The notes under the pieces are model-generated. The model did not search any database. It was not told the origin of the DNA and saw nothing but the letters and a program-made list of their open reading frames with translations. A stretch of 64,000 nucleotides of DNA, from NCBI GenBank assembly GCA_963676795.2, contig CAXXTB010000001.1, positions 1,184,001 to 1,248,000 on the forward strand. The letters run 5' to 3'. Shown here in pieces: positions 29,883 to 38,830 of this stretch (within the stretch, counting starts at the first letter, position 1; every line of letters begins with the position of its first letter). This DNA is from Geopsychrobacteraceae bacterium. Its GTDB lineage: Bacteria > Desulfobacterota > Desulfuromonadia > Desulfuromonadales > Geopsychrobacteraceae. Made by a program: the position numbers and the translations under genes.

Positions 29883-31198
29883 ATGGCTATTTACAACACG
29901 AGACAACAGAGCCTGGCGGAGCAGATGACCGATGAGCCGGTTTCGGCTTCACACTGGAAAGACTGGCGCTGGCAGCTCAAAAATTCGATTCAGACGGTTG
30001 AGACATTTGAAGATCTGCTCGGAATCAGGTTTGGCGAGAGTGAACGCAAAAAGGTGGCGTTGACGTTGAAAAAGTTTCCCCTGTCGATCACTCCCTATTA
30101 CCTGTCGCTGATCGATGCCGATGACTATCGAAACGATCCGGTGTTCCTTCAGTCGTTTCCATCCCCGGCAGAGCTGGAGATCGGCAAATGCGATATGGCT
30201 GATCCCTTGGCGGAGGACAAGGACAGTCCGGCTGCCGGGATCACTCACCGTTACCCGGACCGGGTCCTGTTTCATATCAGTAATGTCTGTTCCATGTACT
30301 GCCGTCACTGTACCCGCAAACGCAAGGTCGGTGACGTCGATTCGATCCCCGGGCGGGAGCAGATCCGCGAAGGGCTCGCCTATATCCGCAGCAACCCGGT
30401 CGTCCGCGATGTCCTGCTCTCCGGTGGTGACCCGTTGATGCTCTCCGATGACTATCTGGACTGGATATTGACCGAGTTGCGCAAGATCGAGCATGTCCAG
30501 GTGATTCGTATCGGCACCCGCATGCCGGTGGTGCTCCCTTACCGGATTACCGATGAACTGGTTGCCATGCTGAAAAAGCACCAGCCGCTCTGGCTCAACA
30601 CCCATTTCAATCATCCCCGCGAGCTGACCTCCTCAGCGCGGGAAGCCCTGCGCAAGCTTGCCGATGGCGGGATCCCGCTCGGTAACCAGTCGGTGCTTCT
30701 GGCCGGGGTCAACGACTGTCCACGGATCATGAAGTCGCTCGTCCATAAACTGGTCGAAAACCGGGTCAGCCCCTACTATCTCTATCAGTGCGACCTGTCC
30801 GAGGGGCTGTCCCATTTCGCACACCGGTCGGCAAGGGGATCGAGATCATGGAGAGCCTGATCGGACACACCAGCGGTTTTGCCGTGCCGACCTACGTGAT
30901 CGACGCTCCGGGCGGCGGCGGGAAGATACCGCTGACGCCGAACTACCTGATTTCACTGAGCACCAACAAGGTTGTGCTGCGCAACTATGAAGGGGTCATC
31001 ACGACCTATCAGGAGCCGGAAAAGTATGAGTCCAATTTTTGTGACCGAAACTGTGATGACTGTCATCTGCAGTTGAAGCTGGAGGATGCCGACGAATGTC
31101 AGTCGACAGGGATCGAAAAGCTGCTTGCCGATTACGACACAACGATATCCCTGACGCCAACCGATACCGAACGTTTTGAGAGGCGCAGCGATGATTGA
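29883..31198 (+). pseudogene. ablA: lysine 2,3-aminomutase with 1-nt frameshift at ~30816-30819 (real or sequencing error)
   Basis: Frame 1 has [19 protein letters not shown] and [12 protein letters not shown]. It continues in the -1 frame as [36 protein letters not shown]. Joined length is about 438 aa. Confidence 0.88.
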
Positions 31199-32039
31199 TC
31201 GAATCGAAACCCTGGGTCATTCTCGGTTTCAGCATGGAGCGTCGAATCAACGGGTTTACCTGATGAAGGCTGCCGATGAAGATCTGGATCAGCTGCTCCC
31301 GCATCTCGATGAGCTGGCCCGGGAGCATGGCTATACCAAGATTTTTGCCAAGGTCTCCGCCCGCCAGAAAGAGTTTTTCCTGGCCAGGGGCTATCAGCTT
31401 GAGGCCGTTGTCCCCGATTTTTACCGGAGGAGAGACCAGGCCCTGTTCCTTGGTAAATATTTTAGCAAGAGCAGGGCAGCAGAAAAGCGTCCGGAGCTGG
31501 TTGAGGACGTTCTCGACAAGGCAAAGTTGAAGAAAGGGCTTGTGGCTGCGGTCAAAGCTCCCGGTTACAGCTGCCGGGAGCTGGAGAGCGAAGATCTGGA
31601 TGAAGCCGCTGCTCTCTACGCACAGATATTTACCAGCTACCCCTTTCCGATCAGCGACCCTGACTATCTGCGTCAATCGCTCGATCATGTCTGTTATTAC
31701 GGTGTCTGGCATGATTCCCGGCTGGTTGCCCTGGCATCGGCAGAAATCGATGTGGCGGGTGCCAATGCGGAGATGACCGATTTTGCAACCGACCCGGAGC
31801 ATCAGGGGATGGGACTGGCCGGGCTGCTGCTCGGACGGATGGAAATGGAGATGCAGAAGAAGGGGATTACGACCCTTTACACCATTGCCCGGGCCTATTC
31901 CTACGGCATGAATATCACCTTTGCCAGGAGTGGCTATATTTTCAGCGGAACCCTGCCGAACAATACCCAGATCGCCGGCGGCCTGGAAACGATGAATGTC
32001 TGGTACCGGCAACTGTCCGTCCGCTCGCTTTACCGCTAA
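31191..32039 (+). CDS. ablB: beta-lysine N-acetyltransferase
   Basis: [36 protein letters not shown] and LETMNVWY; overlaps ablA stop. Confidence 0.92.
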   Translation: MIDRIETLGHSRFQHGASNQRVYLMKAADEDLDQLLPHLDELAREHGYTKIFAKVSARQKEFFLARGYQLEAVVPDFYRRRDQALFLGKYFSKSRAAEKRPELVEDVLDKAKLKKGLVAAVKAPGYSCRELESEDLDEAAALYAQIFTSYPFPISDPDYLRQSLDHVCYYGVWHDSRLVALASAEIDVAGANAEMTDFATDPEHQGMGLAGLLLGRMEMEMQKKGITTLYTIARAYSYGMNITFARSGYIFSGTLPNNTQIAGGLETMNVWYRQLSVRSLYR

Positions 32040-32084
32040 ACCGCTATGCTGTCTATTCCGGTGAGTATGGTAGCAAGGGCGCAA

Positions 32085-32396
32085 ATGTCAGCCTCGGTAC
32101 AGCGGGTTTATCCTGTCATCGACCGCTGTCTGCGGCAGTGGCAGAGTGATCTCCTGGTTGTCCCCCTCACAGAGAGACTGGCGTTCTGCTACCGGGATAG
32201 TTTGCTGTTTCTGTCACCGCAACGAGCGCTTTTGCTCTTTCAGAAAATCCATGGGCCCGTTCAGGACGAACGCCTCTGGTCTCTGCTGCTGGACGAGTCG
32301 GCTCGTCAGCGTCGGGTTTTATTCCGGCTGCTGATCTGTTTGTTGATTGTCGCCCTGGGAATTTATTGGGGACTGTCATTTTTTGCCGGGGCATAA
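32085..32396 (+). CDS. hypothetical protein with C-terminal TM helix
   Basis: ORF fills the gap and has a hydrophobic C-terminus; start uncertain. Confidence 0.45.
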   Translation: MSASVQRVYPVIDRCLRQWQSDLLVVPLTERLAFCYRDSLLFLSPQRALLLFQKIHGPVQDERLWSLLLDESARQRRVLFRLLICLLIVALGIYWGLSFFAGA

Positions 32397-32564
32397 CTTC
32401 TGGCAAGAGCCGGTTTTTGAAAAATATTCAAGTCTGGATTTATAAAAAAATCGGGGGTAGACTCGCCCCCTTTTCGAGAGATTGTTACGGACATTGGACA
32501 GGATCTTAGTCAATGACAGGAATACGGGGCTTGCGATTTTTGCCCCGCGAGCGGAGGAAACAGG

Positions 32565-33578
32565 ATGTTCGACATCGGCAGTGCAAAGGTAAAGAAGGTT
32601 ATCGTTCATCAGGTTGGCAACAAGCTGAATGAAGACGGGGTCTCCATATCGACGGCTGAGAGTCCGCGCAGTGAAGCGCTGGATGAGCTGCTGCTGAGCA
32701 GCTTTCTCGCTCCGGTCATGCGCCGCGGGCAGCAGTATCACCTTTTTCATGAATCGGACATCAACCTGAACCTGGTTCATCATTACTCTTCGATGATCTT
32801 TGACGATGCCGATGCCTTTCTTTCCAGCAGCGAAGCGATCGCCCGCCATCTCTACAGCGCATCGACCCATCCGAATATCGGTGGCGGCGAGTTCCTGGTG
32901 ATTCTGTTTGACGGGATTGAGGGGGATGACGGTCCGCTGCAGGCCCTTGGCCTGTTTCGGGTCGAAAGCCGCAGCAACTATCTCGATGTCAGCGATGAGC
33001 AGGGAGCGATCCGCGTTGACGAGCGGATCGGGGTGCCGCTCGAGAAGGTGCAGAAGGGCGCTGTAGTTCTGGCCGACAGCTCCAAGGTCTTTGTTGTCGA
33101 TAACCTGGGGCAGAAGACCAAGTACTGGATGGATGATTTCCTCAAGGCTTCGGTCAGCGAAACGCCGAAGGTCTGTGCCAAGGCAGCGGGGGCGCTGCTC
33201 AAGGCGATCTCCGGCCAGGTTGATAATCCGGCCGACGCCCTTGCCTTCGGCCGTCAGCTTGAGGAACAGCTGGCCGAGGCCGATGAGCTGACCGTCGGTG
33301 GAATCCGTGACCTGTCCGGCCAGTATATCTCCGAGGACGATATCAACCTGCTGCTCGAAAGCGCCAGTGCGCAGCACGGTATTCCACTGAACGACGATAT
33401 GAAGGTCGAGAGCAAGAAGCTGACCCGTTATGCCAAGGATGTGGTCACCAAGGCGCGCATCGCCGAAGGGGTCAGCCTGCTGATCTCCGATGCTGGGACC
33501 AAGATCCGTTCCATCGATGTGACCCAGACCGATTCAGGTTTTCAGGCGGTGGTTGATATCAAAGTTGGCGGCGACTGA
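32565..33578 (+). CDS. nucleoid-associated protein (NdpA/YejK, NA37 family)
   Basis: IVHQVGNK, IARHLYSASTHPNIGGGE and KYWMDDFL; GGAGG RBS. Confidence 0.8.
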   Translation: MFDIGSAKVKKVIVHQVGNKLNEDGVSISTAESPRSEALDELLLSSFLAPVMRRGQQYHLFHESDINLNLVHHYSSMIFDDADAFLSSSEAIARHLYSASTHPNIGGGEFLVILFDGIEGDDGPLQALGLFRVESRSNYLDVSDEQGAIRVDERIGVPLEKVQKGAVVLADSSKVFVVDNLGQKTKYWMDDFLKASVSETPKVCAKAAGALLKAISGQVDNPADALAFGRQLEEQLAEADELTVGGIRDLSGQYISEDDINLLLESASAQHGIPLNDDMKVESKKLTRYAKDVVTKARIAEGVSLLISDAGTKIRSIDVTQTDSGFQAVVDIKVGGD

Positions 33579-33579
33579 C

Positions 33580-34034
33580 GTTTGTTTCAATGAATTGAAA
33601 CACCAAAGGTGTTTCTGCGGTTCTGCCCGTTGATGGGCTTGCCCATCTTGGGGCGCTTTGTCAGTTGCTGGTTTGAAGCTACGGAAGAGACGCAGAATCA
33701 CTTCCGACATATTAAAAGAGCGTTTTTTGCCTACTTTTTGAAGCTCTGGTCAAAAAGTAGGGCGGCGTTCGGGGCCGCGACCCCGAGGTGTTGATTTTGA
33801 GATTTTCTGAATTCGGCAGGCAAAACCGCCGGTTCTCGCACCGGCAGGCGACACCCTTTTCTTTGGTCGCAAAAGAAAAGGGTGCAAAAGAAACTCTCTG
33901 AAAACACTGACGTAAATTTCTCAGGATCTTTTCGTAGTCTTTGGGCTGCAACTCTCTACAGGCTCAGACGAGGCGCTTAGCGCCTCGATTCGCGCAATCG
34001 CAAAGCCGGTTCCCGGCTTGGATGCATGGAACAA
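33580..34034 (+). repeat. structured intergenic repeat element, copy B
   Basis: Collinear with copy A over about 455 bp. Confidence 0.9.
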
Positions 34035-34042
34035 TCTCTTCT

Positions 34043-34435
34043 TTAAATCACACTGGTTTCGAATTTCGGAGGACTGCTCAGTGCTTTTTTGACCGAACAC
34101 TGCTCCGCAGCACGGACCAGGGCTTTTCTGTATTTGTCCGGAAATCCCTGCGGGGCGGTGATCTCCATCTTGACTTTTTTCAGATACTTGGTCTCCGGAT
34201 CGCGCTCGATATCGAGGCCGAGCGCCAGTCCTTGCGTCGAGATATTCCGCTCCTGGCAGAAACGCAGGACGTAGACACCGGCGCAGCTGGCGATCGAGGT
34301 GAGGAAGAAATCGTATGGGGCTGGCGCTTTGTTGGTGCCGCCGTCAGAGACGGGCTGGTCGGTCAGGATATCGAATTCGCCGATACGGGCCTGAACCTGG
34401 GCACCTTGGGGAAAGCTGATTTCAACTAAAGCCAT
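34043..34435 (-). CDS. OsmC family protein
   Basis: TDQP..GG..APAPYDFFLTSIASCAG and AAEQCSVKK. Confidence 0.9.
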   Translation of the reverse strand: MALVEISFPQGAQVQARIGEFDILTDQPVSDGGTNKAPAPYDFFLTSIASCAGVYVLRFCQERNISTQGLALGLDIERDPETKYLKKVKMEITAPQGFPDKYRKALVRAAEQCSVKKALSSPPKFETSVI

Positions 34436-34555
34436 ATTTTCGCCTCCTAGACAGGAAAATGTCTTAGCCTTCAGTTTACTCTGGTTGAGATTGGAAAATC
34501 CACCTTCCGGGGGGGGGGCGAGCCTTGCGGATGGGGAGGCCCTGCTTGAGTTGGG

Positions 34556-36595
34556 CTATTCGCCGAACAGCTGGCTCATGTTGCTGAAGAAGTTACTCGC
34601 GCTCAAAGCTTCCTGCTCCGGTGTGCTGGCCACAGGTTTCTCCCGCCCCGGAACATGCAGCCGATCCTTGGGGATCTCACTTAAAAAACGACTCGGTTCG
34701 CGCTGTTCCAGCTTGCCGTATTTGCGTCTGTGTCGCGCCCCGAGCAGAATCAGCTGTTTCTGGGCCCGGGTGATACCGACGTAGCAGAGGCGCCGTTCCT
34801 CGTCGATATCGAAGGTTTCGTAGATCGATTTCTTGTGCGGCAGAAACCCTTCTTCCATGCCGACCAGGAAGACTACCGGAAACTCCAGGCCCTTGCTCGA
34901 ATGAAGGCTCATCAGGGTGACGGCATTGCGGTCGAGCTTGCTCTCCTTGTCGTTCTTGCCCGGCCGGTCGTCGTCCGAGAGGGAGATGCGTTCGACAAAA
35001 CCGGTCAGGCTCGGGTATTCGCTGCGTTCCAGATAGTAAGCCAGACTGTTGACGATCTCCTCCTGGTTGTCGACCCGCCGTTTGGCAACGATCGGATCCT
35101 TCTCCTGACGGTAGATCTCCTCGGCCAGTTTGGCCTCGGCGAGAAACGCCTTGAGGGTCTCAACCATCGGCAACGACTTGCTGAACAGCTGGCTGTAACG
35201 GCGGATCAGGTCGGTGAACTCAAGCATGGCGGCTTGAGTCTTTTCATTGATCTCGCCGACCTCTTCCGGGTGGTGAAGCAGCTTCCACAGCGGAATGTTG
35301 TGTTCGGCCGAATAGCGGATCATCCGGTCGATGGTGCTTTCGCCGATTCCCCGTTTCGGGTAATTGAGGATACGTAGCAGGTTGACCTCGTCGTTCGGGT
35401 TGACCATAACCTTGAGGTAGGAGATGACGTCCTTGACCTCCTTGCGTTCAAAAAACTGCTGGCCGCCGATCAGGACGAAAGGGATATCCTCGTAGTTCAG
35501 TTGCTCCTCGTAGGAACGCGACTGGGTGTTGGTCCGGTAGAGGATGGCGAAGTCGCCGTAGCTGAAGTTGCCGCGCGCCATCTCGGTATGAATCCGCTCC
35601 ATGACCATGCGCGCTTCGTCCTCGCTGTCTTCGCAGAGCAGGTATTCGACGGCGGCCCCGTCGCCGTAGGCGGTCCACAGCGCCTTGTCGCGGCGCTTGC
35701 GGTTCTGTTTGATGACCGCGTTGGCGCAGGCGAGGATATTGCCGCTCGAGCGATAGTTCTGCTCCAGCTTGATGACCTTGGAGTTGGGGAAATCCTTCTC
35801 GAAATCGAGGATGTTGCTGACATCGGCGCCGCGGAAGGCGTAGATCGACTGGTCGTCATCGCCGACGACGCAGAGATTACCGTGCCCGCCTGCCAGCAGC
35901 TGCAGCAGGCGGTACTGGACCGGGTTGGTGTCCTGGTATTCGTCGACCATCTGGAACTGGAAGCGCTGGCGGTAATGTTCCAGCAGGTCGGGGTTCTCGT
36001 CGAACAGGCGTACGCCGAAGACCAGCAGGTCATCGAAGTCGACAGCGTTGAAGGCCTTGAGCGCCTGCTGGTAGCGTGGGTAGATATGCGCCGCGACCAG
36101 CGAGAAGGGATCGCGTTCGCTCCCCTTGTACTGCTCCGGCAGCAGGCACTGGTTCTTCGCCGAGCTGATTCGCCAGAGCACCTCATCAGCATCCTTGGTG
36201 CTGCTCTCCGCGCTGAGTTCGCGCAGCAGGTCTCGGATCAGGCGCTGCTGATCGCTGGCCGGGTAGATGGAGAAATTCTTCTTGAAGCCGAGCCGGTCGA
36301 TATGATTTTTCAGCAGACGGACGCAGAGGGCGTGAAAGGTCGCAACCACCATCCCCTTGCAGGCAGCCTTGCCGACCATCTCCTGAACCCGCTCGCTCAT
36401 CTCTTTGGCTGCTTTATTGGTGAAGGTCACCGCCAAAATCTGTTCCGCCGGGACTCCGGATTCAAGCAGATGGGCAATCCGGCAGGTGATGACCCGGGTC
36501 TTGCCGGAGCCCGCTCCGGCGAGCAGCAGCAGGGGGCCTTCCCGGTGGATAACAGCTTCTCTTTGCTGTGGATTGAGGCTATTGAGGTCAAACAT
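34556..36595 (-). CDS. UvrD/Rep/PcrA family ATP-dependent DNA helicase
   Basis: AGAGSGKT, VTFTNKAA, DEYQDTN, GDDDQSIY, LEQNYRS and EERRLCYVGITRA. Confidence 0.96.
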   Translation of the reverse strand: MFDLNSLNPQQREAVIHREGPLLLLAGAGSGKTRVITCRIAHLLESGVPAEQILAVTFTNKAAKEMSERVQEMVGKAACKGMVVATFHALCVRLLKNHIDRLGFKKNFSIYPASDQQRLIRDLLRELSAESSTKDADEVLWRISSAKNQCLLPEQYKGSERDPFSLVAAHIYPRYQQALKAFNAVDFDDLLVFGVRLFDENPDLLEHYRQRFQFQMVDEYQDTNPVQYRLLQLLAGGHGNLCVVGDDDQSIYAFRGADVSNILDFEKDFPNSKVIKLEQNYRSSGNILACANAVIKQNRKRRDKALWTAYGDGAAVEYLLCEDSEDEARMVMERIHTEMARGNFSYGDFAILYRTNTQSRSYEEQLNYEDIPFVLIGGQQFFERKEVKDVISYLKVMVNPNDEVNLLRILNYPKRGIGESTIDRMIRYSAEHNIPLWKLLHHPEEVGEINEKTQAAMLEFTDLIRRYSQLFSKSLPMVETLKAFLAEAKLAEEIYRQEKDPIVAKRRVDNQEEIVNSLAYYLERSEYPSLTGFVERISLSDDDRPGKNDKESKLDRNAVTLMSLHSSKGLEFPVVFLVGMEEGFLPHKKSIYETFDIDEERRLCYVGITRAQKQLILLGARHRRKYGKLEQREPSRFLSEIPKDRLHVPGREKPVASTPEQEALSASNFFSNMSQLFGE

Positions 36596-37011
36596 AGAAA
36601 GCTTCTGAAAATCGGTATCTTAAGGCTTTGGGTTGGGTACGTTCAAACAGCAGGCAGGGTAGCATGAAACAGGCGTGGGTGTAAAATTCATTAGCTATGA
36701 AAAAGCTGTTGATTCGCAATATTGAGTCTGCTAGATTCCGCCCTATGTTTAAATTAATTGTAATCCTTGTCAGCATCGTTTGGGCCTCGTTACTTCTGAT
36801 TTCCTGGAGTGGAGCAACCCCGGCACCTCAGTCGGCGGACGCGAACTCAGAAGTTGTCAGTCCCCTGTAACTGAACGGAATTTTTCTTCCGTTCAGCATT
36901 CCCGCTTTTATAGAAGTGGGGCGTGCGTCTTTTTGTACCCATCTTTCTTTTCAATGTTCAGTTTTTCTAAATAAAATCAGGTGTTTAGATTTTTTCTGCG
37001 AGGCGGTTTCA

Positions 37012-37929
37012 CTAGCTCTGATAATACAGCCCCTGGTATGAGCCGCGCCGTTCGAGTTCGTCGTCGATGGCGTTGAGCACTTCCCATTTGTTCAGCGACC
37101 AGGCCGGGGCGAGCAACAGGTCGCGCGGGCCGTCGCCGGTCAGGCGCTGGATGATGGTCGTCGGCGGCAGCAGTTCGATGAAGTCGACAACCTGTTCGAC
37201 GTACTCCTCCATGCTCAACATGCTGATCTCTCCCGCTTTAAACATCTCGCCCATGCGGGTCCCTTCGAGGATATGCAGCAGGTGCAGTTTGATGCCGTCG
37301 ACCTTGAGGCGGGCCATCTCGCGGGCGGTGGCCAGGGTGTCCTCGCGGCTCTCACCCGGCAGGCCGAGAATGACATGGACGCAGATCTTCAGGTCGCGCT
37401 GCTTGGCGCGTTGGTAGGCGTCGAGAAAACAGGCGTAATCGTGGCCGCGGTTGAGAAACTGCAGCGACTTGTTATGGACACTCTGCAGGCCGATCTCCAG
37501 CCAGAAGTAGGTCTTGCGGTGATAGTCGGCGAGCAGGTCCAAAACCTCATCCGGCAGGCAGTCGGGGCGGGTACCAACGGCCAGGCCGACAACATCCTCA
37601 ACGGCCATGGCCTGATCGTAGTAATCGCGCAGGACATGAACCGGGGCGTAGGTGTTGGAGAACGGCTGAAAGTAGGGGATGAACCACTTCGCCCGGTACT
37701 TGCGACGCATCAGCTCCTTGGCCTTCTCGATCTGCACCGGGATCGGGCCGCTGCGGTCGATACCGACCGCCCCTGAGCCGTTCGGGTCGCAGAAGATGCA
37801 GCCGTTGGCCGAGCGTCCCCCTTCCCGGTTGGGACAGCCGAAACCGGCATCGACAGAGATCTTGTGGACACGGCCGCCGAAGGTCTGTTTCAGATGGGTC
37901 GAATAGAGATTGAAAGCTTTCTTACGCAT
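37012..37929 (-). CDS. TIGR01212/YhcC family radical SAM protein
   Basis: GFGCPNREG..GCIFC, GTRPDC, GIKLHLLH and RLTGD. Confidence 0.92.
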   Translation of the reverse strand: MRKKAFNLYSTHLKQTFGGRVHKISVDAGFGCPNREGGRSANGCIFCDPNGSGAVGIDRSGPIPVQIEKAKELMRRKYRAKWFIPYFQPFSNTYAPVHVLRDYYDQAMAVEDVVGLAVGTRPDCLPDEVLDLLADYHRKTYFWLEIGLQSVHNKSLQFLNRGHDYACFLDAYQRAKQRDLKICVHVILGLPGESREDTLATAREMARLKVDGIKLHLLHILEGTRMGEMFKAGEISMLSMEEYVEQVVDFIELLPPTTIIQRLTGDGPRDLLLAPAWSLNKWEVLNAIDDELERRGSYQGLYYQS

Positions 37930-38096
37930 GGGCGGCACTATGCCGTAAAGCTCCCTCAAGAGCAAGTCTGATAACGTCTCCAGTCACTCTTTTTCCTTCA
38001 AAATTCAGCTTATAAGTCTGCTTTGCGCTAAAATTCAATAAGGAACTCATCAATATCGCTTTGTTTCGCTCTATTGGGGCGGGAAAGGCAGCCAGG

Positions 38097-38825
38097 ATGA
38101 CGACTTTCCGGGGAGAGAAGTCCGGGCCGGCATTTCTGATCGAAAACCTGAGGAAGGTTTACGGCAGCGGCCCTGCGGCCGTTCATGCCCTGCGCGGGGT
38201 GGATCTGGAGATTCCGGCGGGGGAACTGGTGGTCCTGCTCGGACCGTCTGGCAGCGGCAAATCGACCCTGCTGAATATCATGGGCGGGCTCGATCGGGGC
38301 ACATCAGGTCAGCTGTGGTTCCGTGATCAGGAACTGAGCGCCATGACGGACAGCCAGCTGACCCTCTACCGCCGTGAACATGTCGGCTTTGTCTTCCAGT
38401 TTTACAACCTGATGCCGAGTCTGACCGCACGGGAGAACGTCGAACTGGTCACTGAGATTGCCCGTTCTCCCATGGCGGCCGACAAGGCTCTCGACCTGGT
38501 CGGGCTCCTGGGGCGGGCCGATCATTTTCCGGCCCAGCTCTCCGGCGGGGAACAACAGCGTGTTGCCATCGCCCGCGCTGTTGCCAAACAGCCCAGGGTG
38601 TTGTTCTGCGATGAGCCGACCGGCGCTCTCGACAGTGCCACCGGGCGGGTGGTGCTGAAGGCTCTTAAACAGATCAACGAAGAACTTGGAACGACGTTGC
38701 TGATCGTCACCCACGCCGGGGCGACAGCGGCGATGGCAGACCGGGTGATCAATTTTGCCGATGGAGCGATCAGCAAGGTGGTCGTCAACCCGGTCCGTCT
38801 CGATCCCGAAGCGATCGAATGGTGA
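38097..38825 (+). CDS. ABC transporter ATP-binding protein (LolD/MacB-like)
   Basis: [23 protein letters not shown] and DEPTGALD. Confidence 0.95.
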   Translation: MTTFRGEKSGPAFLIENLRKVYGSGPAAVHALRGVDLEIPAGELVVLLGPSGSGKSTLLNIMGGLDRGTSGQLWFRDQELSAMTDSQLTLYRREHVGFVFQFYNLMPSLTARENVELVTEIARSPMAADKALDLVGLLGRADHFPAQLSGGEQQRVAIARAVAKQPRVLFCDEPTGALDSATGRVVLKALKQINEELGTTLLIVTHAGATAAMADRVINFADGAISKVVVNPVRLDPEAIEW

Positions 38826-38830
38826 TGCCT

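Noticed and set aside
30810..30825. Programmed -1 ribosomal frameshift in ablA
   Set aside because: No canonical slippery heptamer; a simple indel is more parsimonious
32565..33578. Kiwa-type defence system
   Set aside because: No convincing KwaA-like multi-TM partner and no defence-island context
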